Positions 28,483 to 37,457 of a stretch of 64,000 nt of DNA are shown here, piece by piece (position 1 is the first letter of the stretch; each line of letters opens with the position of its first letter). Below the pieces are notes generated by a model. That model did not search any database. It was not told where the DNA came from and worked only from the letters and a program-made list of their open reading frames with translations. Origin of the DNA: Fodinibius sp. (lineage in GTDB: Bacteria; Bacteroidota; Rhodothermia; Balneolales; Balneolaceae); contig NZ_JAXHLU010000009.1 in NCBI RefSeq assembly GCF_034521915.1, positions 20,896 to 84,895 of the forward strand, written 5' to 3'. The position numbers were made by a program, and so were the translations under genes.

Positions 28483-29130
28483 ATGAATAGATTTGGCAAA
28501 AAATCGACCGCATACATTTGCTATCTGATCGTGAACGTGTGGTGGTATCTATCCTGTGTTTTAGGATTTATCTTCCCCGCTACGCTAATCTATGAATACT
28601 TCCACAGCTCCCACCCGGATTCTATAATGGGGATAACCCTGCCCCTGGAACCATCACTGGTAACGCTAAACGAAGAAGCCAACTACGAGTTTATCGAGAT
28701 TGATTCGGTTACCGGAACATTAGATTTTGATTTCATCTTACACAGCAATCCCTTTACCTATTTAATCTGGAGCAGTTTTATCTGCATTGCACTCGGCCTT
28801 TTTATTTATGGATTATATCAGCTGCGCATCCTACTAAAACAAACCGTGGATGGATCTATATTTACAGCTGCAAATATCCGCCGAATCAAAACTATCGCCA
28901 TCCTTCTGATTATTGTTGAACCTCTACAGTGGCTTGTCCGATATTTTATTCGCAACTCACTGGCTGACAAAGCACACTTGCTGGCATCACAACAGGCAGA
29001 TATCAGCATTAACATACCCATGGTGGGCGAAGATTGGATGTTCATTATCATGGGATTGCTGGTCTTTACCCTGGCCGCCGTATTCGAAAAAGGCAACGAA
29101 ATGTATCAAGAACTAAAACTGACGGTGTAA
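28483..29130 (+). CDS. DUF2975 domain membrane protein
   Basis: Likely ATG at 28483; FTAANIRRIKTIA, LAAVFEKGNEMYQELKLTV. Confidence 0.82.
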   Translation: MNRFGKKSTAYICYLIVNVWWYLSCVLGFIFPATLIYEYFHSSHPDSIMGITLPLEPSLVTLNEEANYEFIEIDSVTGTLDFDFILHSNPFTYLIWSSFICIALGLFIYGLYQLRILLKQTVDGSIFTAANIRRIKTIAILLIIVEPLQWLVRYFIRNSLADKAHLLASQQADISINIPMVGEDWMFIIMGLLVFTLAAVFEKGNEMYQELKLTV

Positions 29131-29134
29131 CGAT

Positions 29135-29866
29135 ATGTACACAAAAAAATACCGGATAATCACCCTCGGCTTACTATCTGTTTTTACTCTTTGGATGGCA
29201 TACAGTGGATTTAAGCAATATCAAACCATAAACACCTTGTTGGATACGCAGATATTAACCCCCCCCTCAATCGATGATAAAAGTCTAGAAATCGGGGATC
29301 TCAGAATCACAAAAGCAAGTGTCCAAGATTTTGACCAGCCGGACCGGCGAAAGTACGGCAGAACATTTGTTTCGGTAACCAACCTGGATCACCAAACGCC
29401 TTCGCCACAGCTGGATAATACTCTGCTCAACCTGTCGCAAAGACAGCAAAATCGCACTATTTACGGCCTGTGGGGATATCCGTCATTTTTAGTATCGCCG
29501 GATGACCTTTCATTCTGGCGATCCCAACTTTACCTACAGATCTTGTTTTATTTTGGTGGACTAGCCATCATTGGCATCTTCTTCATATTATTTTATGAGC
29601 TCAATTATCGAAAAGACAACAAGCTGTTTGTCCCGGCCATCAAAAATGTGATTTTGGGGCTTTCAATATTATTCAGCGGCGGTGCCATCTTAAAATGGGG
29701 CTTAGATTTTCGGCTGTATAACTTTCTTAATGACCAATTTTACTTCGGGGAACCATTACCCCCTATTGACAATAATATGATATTTCTCGGTGGCACATTG
29801 CTTTTTACCGCTATCATCTTACAGCGCGCCGTCGAGCTTCAGAAAGAACAAGACCTCACGATTTAG
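29135..29866 (+). CDS. DUF2975 domain membrane protein (divergent)
   Basis: TM helices, ending TAIILQRAVELQKEQDLTI. Confidence 0.78.
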   Translation: MYTKKYRIITLGLLSVFTLWMAYSGFKQYQTINTLLDTQILTPPSIDDKSLEIGDLRITKASVQDFDQPDRRKYGRTFVSVTNLDHQTPSPQLDNTLLNLSQRQQNRTIYGLWGYPSFLVSPDDLSFWRSQLYLQILFYFGGLAIIGIFFILFYELNYRKDNKLFVPAIKNVILGLSILFSGGAILKWGLDFRLYNFLNDQFYFGEPLPPIDNNMIFLGGTLLFTAIILQRAVELQKEQDLTI

Positions 29867-29870
29867 TATT

Positions 29871-30092
29871 ATGGCCATCAAGGTAAACTTGGATCTCATG
29901 CTGGTTAAGCGCGACATGACGCTTACTGAACTATCTGAGGAGGTAGGGGTCACGATCTCGAACCTCTCGATCCTAAAAACAGGCAAGGCCAAAGCCGTAC
30001 GCTTTTCGACGCTAAATGCTATTTGTGAAGCATTAGATTGCCAACCGGGTGATATTCTGGAATATGAGTCAAATAATAACAATACTGATTAA
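29871..30092 (+). CDS. Cro/C1-type HTH regulator (YozG-like)
   Basis: MAIKVNLDLMLVKRDMTLTELSEEVGVTISNLSILKTGKAKAVRFSTLNAICEALDCQPGDILEY; the usual DUF2975 partner. Confidence 0.93.
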   Translation: MAIKVNLDLMLVKRDMTLTELSEEVGVTISNLSILKTGKAKAVRFSTLNAICEALDCQPGDILEYESNNNNTD

Positions 30093-30138
30093 CCCAAAGT
30101 GCCAGCAATATCTTTCATACTAAGTGAATTAATAACAT

Positions 30139-30876
30139 ATGATTTTACAAGCTGAAAACATTTCCAAAACCTTTAAAAAGTCAGGTAGCAATTCTTTTCA
30201 TCTGAATATCGATCATCTTGAAATTAAAGAGGGTAGTTTTACCGCTATATTAGGCCCAAATGGATCGGGGAAATCAACTTTTTTAAAAATAATCCTGGAC
30301 CTTCTTTTTGCTGATTCCGGAAACATTTCGCTGATGGGCAACAATCATGAAGATAAACAAGCAAGGGCAAAGGTGAGCTATCTTCCCGAAAATTATTCCT
30401 TTCCCGAGTATTTTACGGTAAAACAAATGCTTCATGCTTTCGCTGATCTCAAAGAATCGACGCCGGGACAGATAGATCGTAAAATAAACGAATTGGCCAA
30501 CGCTTTTAATGTAAATTATCTGAACAAAAGGATTAAGAATCTCTCCAAAGGCATGAGGCAAACATCAGCGCTTATGCACACCTTTTTGGCTGATGATCAA
30601 TTTTATATCCTCGATGAGCCCTTCAACGGACTCGATGCCGTACAAAAAAAAGCCATCATGGATTACATCTTCAGGCTGCAACAAGAACGCAATATTTCCA
30701 TCCTGATCACCACACACATTCTCTCAGACATCGACAAAACCTGCGATACCCTCTACCTTATCAACGATGGACGTATTATCAATTCGGCCAGCAAAAAAGA
30801 GATTCAAAAGCAATTTGGCTCCGTTGAAGACTACTACCTCAATCATTTTGAAACCAAAGATCCCGCCATATCATGA
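30139..30876 (+). CDS. ABC transporter ATP-binding protein
   Basis: GPNGSGKST, LSKGMRQ, ILDEPFNGLD, ITTH. Confidence 0.92.
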   Translation: MILQAENISKTFKKSGSNSFHLNIDHLEIKEGSFTAILGPNGSGKSTFLKIILDLLFADSGNISLMGNNHEDKQARAKVSYLPENYSFPEYFTVKQMLHAFADLKESTPGQIDRKINELANAFNVNYLNKRIKNLSKGMRQTSALMHTFLADDQFYILDEPFNGLDAVQKKAIMDYIFRLQQERNISILITTHILSDIDKTCDTLYLINDGRIINSASKKEIQKQFGSVEDYYLNHFETKDPAIS

Positions 30877-31658
30877 TTCGTTATACCCTACGAACCCTTC
30901 TCAAAAATAAAACGCTATGGGCGTGGCCCGGCATTTTTATGCTCTTTGTTGTAGCCATTACTGTATGGGGCGGTGTCTCCGCAGATCCCTCCAGTTACTC
31001 ATATGCAATAAATTTGGGTGGGTTACCCTTGCCAACAGGGATAGTGATAAACCAACTGGTTTCTATTACAATCCTCATCTCAATTATTGGTATCCCCACA
31101 CATTTTTCAGAAAATATAAAACCGGAGCGAGCATCTCTGCTCCTATCCAAACCCCTATCGCGAAGTGAATTATTCTTCTCAGATTTTATGGGTGTATTCA
31201 CCTTTTGTTTTGCTTACACCGTCATTAGTGTACTACTTTTAGCTGTGCTAACCACAGTACACGGAGTGCTTTTTCCATTGCATCATGCTATTGCTATCAT
31301 CGTATTTCTTCCCCTAATATTATTAACCTACTATATAACAATCGTCCTATTCCTGATACTCACCAACTCTTATCTAGGAGCAGTTATACTGGGATATTTT
31401 TTAACGGATTTTTCTGCTCTATTCTTAAATGCTGATCAGTTTCTACAGATGTTTGGTTTAACGGATACCTGGTTTGAAACACTCTTACAAATACTGGCCT
31501 ATCTTATACCCAGCTCCGAAGCTTTTCAACAAATTATGAGTCAAATTTTTGACAGCGGATTTTCAGGTGTTGATATCAGTTTACTGGGCTTTGCTTTTGT
31601 CAGCTGTGTACCTTTGGCGTTGCTGGCTTTTTACCAATTCCGAAAGAAACAGTTTTAG
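30873..31658 (+). CDS. ABC-2 type exporter permease
   Basis: About 6 TM helices, LLLSKPLSRSELF motif, 4-bp overlap with the ATPase gene. Confidence 0.82.
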   Translation: MIRYTLRTLLKNKTLWAWPGIFMLFVVAITVWGGVSADPSSYSYAINLGGLPLPTGIVINQLVSITILISIIGIPTHFSENIKPERASLLLSKPLSRSELFFSDFMGVFTFCFAYTVISVLLLAVLTTVHGVLFPLHHAIAIIVFLPLILLTYYITIVLFLILTNSYLGAVILGYFLTDFSALFLNADQFLQMFGLTDTWFETLLQILAYLIPSSEAFQQIMSQIFDSGFSGVDISLLGFAFVSCVPLALLAFYQFRKKQF

Positions 31659-31660
31659 TA

Positions 31661-33925
31661 TCAGCTGCGGATTAAATACTGAAATTTCACAAAAAACTGG
31701 CGGTCGGTCTCTTTAAAACCGGTATATCTATTGGGACCGGCCTGATCAAAGTGATTCAGGTAATCAGTCATCCCAATATAAAATTTAGTAAATGGGTTGG
31801 CTTTATAATAAACAAGAGGATAGATCTGCAGCTGCTCATTAAAAGAATTGTACTGGGTAATGAGTCGTGCAAAGAACTTTTTTGAAAAATTGTAATTGCC
31901 CTTTAACCGGTAGATATCACCGCTAAAATATTTTTCCTCTCCATTTGCGGCCGAAAGTTTCGAGTAGTTATAACTAAGCGACATTTCCAAACGAGAAGTA
32001 GGTTTTACGGTGGCATCCACAGAAAAATTGTACCCTTCTCCCAACGTTGGGTTCTCCTGTCGGTTGATGTATTTTCCAAAATCCACATGCCCGCTTAGTG
32101 ATAATTCGTTTAACGGATTTGTACTCACATCAATCATGAGGCGATTCATCTGGGTGAAAAGTCGACCACGAAATCGTTCATCATTTAATGGTAAGAAGCT
32201 AAGTGACAAGTTCGTTTGTCCGCCAAAGTTATTACTCCACCTGGTAAAAATATACCGCTCCTGAAACTGCCCCCCAAAATCGTATCGCCAGCCAGTGTTT
32301 ATACTTATATTTCCTCTGGACAACCATTCCCACTCGGGATAATAGGAGAGACTTTGTGAGGCATCGAATTTCCGTTGGTCAACCTGATTAATGAATCCGT
32401 TCTGTGTTTGAAAGGTAGGCGAATAGGAAGTGTAACCGAATGAAAAGTCATAGTACTTGGCCTGACGTGAAAACCGAGTAGTCAACAAGGTACCTCCAAA
32501 CTGTTCTCCATTAAATGCTGCATCATATGAGCTCTGCCCAAGAATCCTTGGCTCATCAAAAAGTTCTGGCTCATCTAATTCCTTTGTATTAGCATAGGCC
32601 GCCTGGCCGCTAAAATAATAGTTGTCGGTCAACAAAATATTCCAGTCGATACTACCCACATAATTATGTCCATCTTGTTGATTGCGAGTTGTAACCAATC
32701 CGCCAATATATGACTCGGATCCAAAATTATATGTCCCGCGAACCACATTATTATAGGCTTCAACATCCGATTGAACCAGTGAGCTGCCGTATCGCCCCGG
32801 AATGATAAAAGGAGCTTCCCGATCGTAAGCGGTTAAAAATGCAATGCTGAAATCTTCTGCCTGATGAGTTACTTTTCCGGCAGCCAGCGGACGGTTAATC
32901 ATCCGGGAATAAAACAGATTTTCTCTTGTGTTAAACAAATCGCTGCCTTTCATAAAGAAGGGACGTTTTTCGGAATAATACAGTGCAAAGGTTTCATTAG
33001 CAGATATTTGAGCCTGATCGGTTTCCACCTGGCTAAAGTCGGGATTTATAACAGCATTAAGAGAAGTCGTCGAGGTGGGCTCATACATCACACTCCCGCC
33101 AATACGTCCATTAATACGCCCATGATCCAATCCAGAATTAGGATTCCCGGCATTATTAATGGTGCTACTTTGATAACTCATTCCGTACGGCAACAATTCT
33201 ACTGTATTTGTATTTTCAATATCTTTTAACCCAACAAGACGTCCATTTTGGCAAAGCATACAGGAATTATCTAATCGTACATTGGTCCATGTAAACATAT
33301 AACGACTATTGCGCGGATAATTTCTGATAAACTGAATTGACCATTTATGGATATCTCGATCTGGGAAATTCAAGCTTTTAAATGGAATTTTCAGCGTTAC
33401 TTGATATCCTTTATCGGTAATCTTCCCATCTGAATACCATAGCATATCAAAGTTCATATCCTCACTGTTACCCGTACGCATTCCATCCATTTGTATACCT
33501 AACGGATTTACGAAAAGTTCATAAGCCTGCTGGTTGTTATTAAAGGGATCCAGGAACACTCCCACGAAATCGTCTCCAAAACTGTTATCACGATCAGATA
33601 TATTTGCCCGAATATCTTCAGGGGACGGATCACTGCTGATAAAACCTACATAGATGTTTTTCTTACTGTAAAGCATCTTCACCTCAGTTTCGACAAAGGC
33701 CCGTACATCATCATTTGGCTGTATCTGATGTTTGATATAAGCCGATTCTGCCTGTTGCCATGCCGGATGCGACAAATCAGCTGAAATATCAAAATCCTCT
33801 TCTATCGCGTAGGGCGATATCTGTTCGAGCGTATCTGTTACCTGCTGAGCTTTCGAGATATTAAATACGACTGTGAAAAATATAATTGTCGCAAAAAATA
33901 TTTTCCCAATGGATGTATGCAACAT
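31661..33925 (-). CDS. Secreted/outer-membrane protein, CBM9-like N-terminus plus DUF5916-like domain
   Basis: Signal peptide; DFVGVFLDPFNNNQQAYELFVNPLGIQMD, KIPFKSL, INPDFSQVETD, EKRPFF, SRMI; barrel-like C-terminus FFVKFQYLIRS. Confidence 0.8.
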   Translation of the reverse strand: MLHTSIGKIFFATIIFFTVVFNISKAQQVTDTLEQISPYAIEEDFDISADLSHPAWQQAESAYIKHQIQPNDDVRAFVETEVKMLYSKKNIYVGFISSDPSPEDIRANISDRDNSFGDDFVGVFLDPFNNNQQAYELFVNPLGIQMDGMRTGNSEDMNFDMLWYSDGKITDKGYQVTLKIPFKSLNFPDRDIHKWSIQFIRNYPRNSRYMFTWTNVRLDNSCMLCQNGRLVGLKDIENTNTVELLPYGMSYQSSTINNAGNPNSGLDHGRINGRIGGSVMYEPTSTTSLNAVINPDFSQVETDQAQISANETFALYYSEKRPFFMKGSDLFNTRENLFYSRMINRPLAAGKVTHQAEDFSIAFLTAYDREAPFIIPGRYGSSLVQSDVEAYNNVVRGTYNFGSESYIGGLVTTRNQQDGHNYVGSIDWNILLTDNYYFSGQAAYANTKELDEPELFDEPRILGQSSYDAAFNGEQFGGTLLTTRFSRQAKYYDFSFGYTSYSPTFQTQNGFINQVDQRKFDASQSLSYYPEWEWLSRGNISINTGWRYDFGGQFQERYIFTRWSNNFGGQTNLSLSFLPLNDERFRGRLFTQMNRLMIDVSTNPLNELSLSGHVDFGKYINRQENPTLGEGYNFSVDATVKPTSRLEMSLSYNYSKLSAANGEEKYFSGDIYRLKGNYNFSKKFFARLITQYNSFNEQLQIYPLVYYKANPFTKFYIGMTDYLNHFDQAGPNRYTGFKETDRQFFVKFQYLIRS

Positions 33926-34157
33926 TTAAGAACTATATTCTTAGAATTTATATGCCAGCTTAATATTCTTGTATTCTCTTACGAATTATTCACAAAATGT
34001 TACAACGAAAATCTTATAGAAAAAGTAGAAATAATAGTCTAAACATTTTAAAGGTTGTTAAAAATAATGCGCAATTATGTTTTCTACATCAACATTTTTG
34101 TAAGGATCCATGTTAATAATGCTCTTACTAATAAACCCAAATCAAGAGTACATACAT

Positions 34158-34937
34158 ATGTCTGATCAAGAGCAGTTTGAAGCCAATGATTTTTTAAAGC
34201 GTACCGTCAAAGAGATGAATCCCGATGAACAGCCGCGCGAAAAGCTTACTAATTATGGCAGAGAAAGCCTTTCGGATGCAGAACTATTAGCGATTCTTTT
34301 ACGCACCGGCAGTCCAAAAATGAATGTGATCCAGATGTCACAAGCCCTGCTCGATCATTTTGACGGGTTGCGTTATCTCGCACGAAAGGGATGGCAGGAC
34401 TTGAAAGTCATACCCGGCATGGGAAAAGTAAAATCTCTGACGCTGGAAGCAGTATTCGAGCTATCGCGACGAATTCAGATGGCCAGCTTAGGCGAACAAG
34501 TGCAAATTACTTCGCCCGAAGATGCCGTTGCCTATTTTGGTCCCAAGTTGCGCGACCTTACCAAAGAGGTATTTATGGTGGCCTTTCTCAATAATGCTAA
34601 AATCGTAATGGGATATAAGAAAGTAAGCTCTGGCGGTTCTACGGCTACCATTGTTGATCCGGCGGAAGTAATGCGTCAAGCCGTAATGAATGAGGCCAAT
34701 AGTATTTTGCTACTGCATAATCATCCCAGCGGTAACAACAACGAATCGAAGGCAGATATCCAGCTTACAAAACGGATTTCAAAATCAGGCAAATTGCTCG
34801 GCATTCCGGTAGATGATCATATCATCATCGCCGGCGACGGGTATACCAGTTTCCGCGCCAAAGGACTTGTTGGATTAATAGAATTTGGAATTACGGAATT
34901 AAAACAGATATCCACTGAAAATTATTATGCTATGTAA
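34158..34937 (+). CDS. radC: RadC family JAB-domain protein
   Basis: QPREKL, LSDAELLAILLRTG, GMGKVK, LHNHPSG, SKADIQLT, DDHIII. Likely ATG at 34158; about 20 extra C-terminal residues run into a repeat array. Confidence 0.93.
   Translation: MSDQEQFEANDFLKRTVKEMNPDEQPREKLTNYGRESLSDAELLAILLRTGSPKMNVIQMSQALLDHFDGLRYLARKGWQDLKVIPGMGKVKSLTLEAVFELSRRIQMASLGEQVQITSPEDAVAYFGPKLRDLTKEVFMVAFLNNAKIVMGYKKVSSGGSTATIVDPAEVMRQAVMNEANSILLLHNHPSGNNNESKADIQLTKRISKSGKLLGIPVDDHIIIAGDGYTSFRAKGLVGLIEFGITELKQISTENYYAM
34872..34900. repeat. 7-nt-period array, left flank of relic cassette
   Basis: ggattaa tagaatt tggaatt acggaatt. Confidence 0.55.
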
Positions 34938-35001
34938 GAAATTGACCGGACAGATTATTGAATCTCATTATAAGGTTTATAACAAGCTATGATATGGATT
35001 G
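34927..35001 (+). pseudogene. 5' remnant of a GxxExxY-family gene
   Basis: MLCKKLTGQIIESHYKVYNKL*YGL resembles the GxxExxY N-terminus (LT..II...YKVYN.LGYGF), with Gly codon GGA read as TGA. Confidence 0.55.
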
Positions 35002-35098
35002 CCCTGCAGAATAGTTCATATTAAATCGATCTCCAGGTTGAACTTGACAAACAGCCGAATTAGAATGTGTTACGTCACTATCCCATAGCAGATTCATT

Positions 35099-35340
35099 AT
35101 AAGCGGCACATCGATTGGTGCCAATATTGAGGAAGCTATTAGAGCACAAAGTCGAAGAGATTTTAAAGCAAAACTATCTATATCATATAAAGAAGCTCGT
35201 GAAACACATTATTGGCTACGGTTACTCTCGAAGCTACAAATATTAAGGTCAGTCTTTTATTAAATTTCGGCTAACGGCTTCAATTGAAAAATGTGACGAG
35301 TTACACAAATAATAATTGGCTCGAGTATCAGCAAAACCTG
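35099..35340 (+). pseudogene. Remnant of a four-helix-bundle (23S IVS / bAvd-like) gene
   Basis: 35099-35263 reads ISGTSIGANIEEAIRAQSRRDFKAKLSISYKEARETHYWLRLL; no intact start, and a frameshifted tail (SIEKCDELHK..IIGSSISKT). Confidence 0.75.
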
Positions 35341-35356
35341 TGTAACATCCGCGGTC

Positions 35357-35385
35357 TATTCCTAATTCTCAATTCCTAATTCAAC
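35357..35385. repeat. 7-nt-period array, right flank, inverted relative to 34872-34900
   Basis: tattcct aattctc aattcct aattcaa; the reverse-complement units are aggaatt/gagaatt. Confidence 0.6.
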
Positions 35386-35429
35386 TGCTTATATTTACAG
35401 CCAATTAAAATTCTGCTAACAGTTATTTC

Positions 35430-37070
35430 ATGAAGGATTACCTGCGTTCTATTATCAACAATTCGCTGCAACAGTTTGATCTCAGCGAAGACGACATCCC
35501 CGAAATTCAGATCGAAAAACCCAATCAGCCCGAGCATGGCGATGCGGCCTCTAACATAGCAATGAACCTGGCCAGCGTGCTCAAGATGAATCCGCGCAAG
35601 ATTGCCGAGCAAATTGTAGAGGGACTTAAATACGATAATCAAAAAATCCAATCTGTAGAAATTGCCGGTCCCGGCTTCATCAATTTTCGATATGCCGAGA
35701 ACTACCTTTTTGATGAACTGGCCGTTATTCTTAGCAAGGGCTCAACTTTTGGAAAGTCTGATTCCTTAAAAGGTAAGCGCATTCTTATAGAATTTGTGAG
35801 TGCCAATCCCACAGGACCGCTTACTGTTGGTCATGGTCGTAATGCCGTATTGGGAGATACCGTTGCCAATCTACTGGAATGGATCGGCGCCGAAGTAGAT
35901 CGTGAATATTACTTTAACAACGCCGGCCGACAAATGCGCAAGCTTGGTGAAAGCGTCCGGGCACGTTATCTACAGCTGTTAGATAAAAAAGCCGAGTTAC
36001 CGGAGGATGGTTATGAGGGCGAATACATTAAAGACATTGCCCAAAAACTTATTGATGAACATGGCGATAATCTCATTGAGACAAAAGAAGTTGATCCTTT
36101 TAAGGATAAAGCCGAGCAACTCATCTTCGATGATATTCAAGCTACGCTACAGCGTATGAATATTGAAATGGATTCGTTCTTTAACGAAAAAGAAGTTTAT
36201 GAAGATGGCTCTATTAAACAAACAGTAGAAAAGCTTCGCGAGAAAGATTTAGCCTATGACAAAGATGGAGCCACTTGGTTTCGCACAACGGAGTTTGGCA
36301 AAGATCAGGATACTGTACTTATCAAAAGTACCGGCGAACCGACCTACCGCCTGCCCGACATTGCCTATCATGCCAATAAGCTCGATCGCGGCTATGATCA
36401 ATGCATTGACGTATTTGGCGCCGATCACATTGATACTTATCCCGATGTTCTTTCCGGTATTCAGGCACTGGGCTACGATCGCAGCAAAGTAGATGTTATT
36501 GTTTACCAGTTTGTAACGCTTGTCAAAGACGGAAAGCCCTTCAAAATGAGTACCCGTAAAGCCAATTTTATTACTCTTGATGAGCTGATGGATGAAGTGG
36601 GTGCTGATGTTACGCGCTTCTTCTTTGAGATGCGCGATCCGAATACACATCTCGAGTTTGATGTTGGCCAAGCTAAAGAAGCGGGTGAAAAAAATCCCGT
36701 TTTCTACCTGCAGTATGCACATGCCCGTATACACAGCATCTTGCGAAAAGTAGAGCAAGAATACACCTTTAATATTAAAAATAAACCCAAATTGGAGCTA
36801 CTTACTCATGAGTCAGAAACAGCGCTCATCAAAAGCCTGCTTCGGTTTCCCGAGATGATTCAAAGTGCTGCTGACAGTCGTGAGCCACATCGGCTCATCA
36901 ATTACCTTGAAGACCTGGCTTCGGCTTTTACCTCCTTCTACCACGACTGCCGCATTCTGGGCGAAGAGAAAGAACTTGTCCAGGCTCGCTCGGCACTGGC
37001 CAAAGCAACAGCCCAAGTGCTGGCCAATGGTTTGGGAATTCTTGGCATTAGCGCACCGGAACAAATGTGA
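35430..37070 (+). CDS. argS: Arginine--tRNA ligase
   Basis: HGDAASNIAM, AGPGFINF, EFVSANPTGPLTVGHGRNAVLG, FGADH, KMSTRK, YLQYAHAR, FYHDCRIL. Confidence 0.97.
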   Translation: MKDYLRSIINNSLQQFDLSEDDIPEIQIEKPNQPEHGDAASNIAMNLASVLKMNPRKIAEQIVEGLKYDNQKIQSVEIAGPGFINFRYAENYLFDELAVILSKGSTFGKSDSLKGKRILIEFVSANPTGPLTVGHGRNAVLGDTVANLLEWIGAEVDREYYFNNAGRQMRKLGESVRARYLQLLDKKAELPEDGYEGEYIKDIAQKLIDEHGDNLIETKEVDPFKDKAEQLIFDDIQATLQRMNIEMDSFFNEKEVYEDGSIKQTVEKLREKDLAYDKDGATWFRTTEFGKDQDTVLIKSTGEPTYRLPDIAYHANKLDRGYDQCIDVFGADHIDTYPDVLSGIQALGYDRSKVDVIVYQFVTLVKDGKPFKMSTRKANFITLDELMDEVGADVTRFFFEMRDPNTHLEFDVGQAKEAGEKNPVFYLQYAHARIHSILRKVEQEYTFNIKNKPKLELLTHESETALIKSLLRFPEMIQSAADSREPHRLINYLEDLASAFTSFYHDCRILGEEKELVQARSALAKATAQVLANGLGILGISAPEQM

Positions 37071-37140
37071 TTTCAAGATACAAAATCTCGGGATGCAGGA
37101 TTCTTGATGCAAGTTTCAGGATGCAAGATGCAGGTTACAG
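37071..37140. repeat. GATGCAR 7-mer array downstream of argS
   Basis: gatacaa, gatgcag, gatgcaa, gatgcaa gatgcag gttacag. Confidence 0.55.
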
Positions 37141-37457
37141 AGAATTCAATGAGATAAGATTGGTAACCTTATAGGCACCTACCCTCATCTCTAAATACCT
37201 TCTTAGTTTTACTTCTCTCATCCAAGATAGTTTCCCACGGATAAATCTGTGGTCTAAATGGTTCTATAAAACTCACTTAAGTGAGCTTCCTGGGTTTGCA
37301 AGTTAGACTGATGATTTATCTTCCAGAGTTAAGGAATAATTAAATGATCCAGAGGCAGCGCCATCGGGGTATCTTAACAAGACTCTAAAATTCCGACCCA
37401 AAAGGGCGGGAAATTATACTACCTACTTATTAAAATATGCCAATTACAGTAGGGACT

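Noticed and set aside
34158-34937. radC as a marker of a prophage or integrative element
   Set aside because: It is the long chromosomal form with the N-terminal HhH region; no integrase or phage genes nearby.
35099-35340. Diversity-generating retroelement (Avd-like gene)
   Set aside because: No reverse transcriptase and no template/variable repeat pair differing at adenines in the window.
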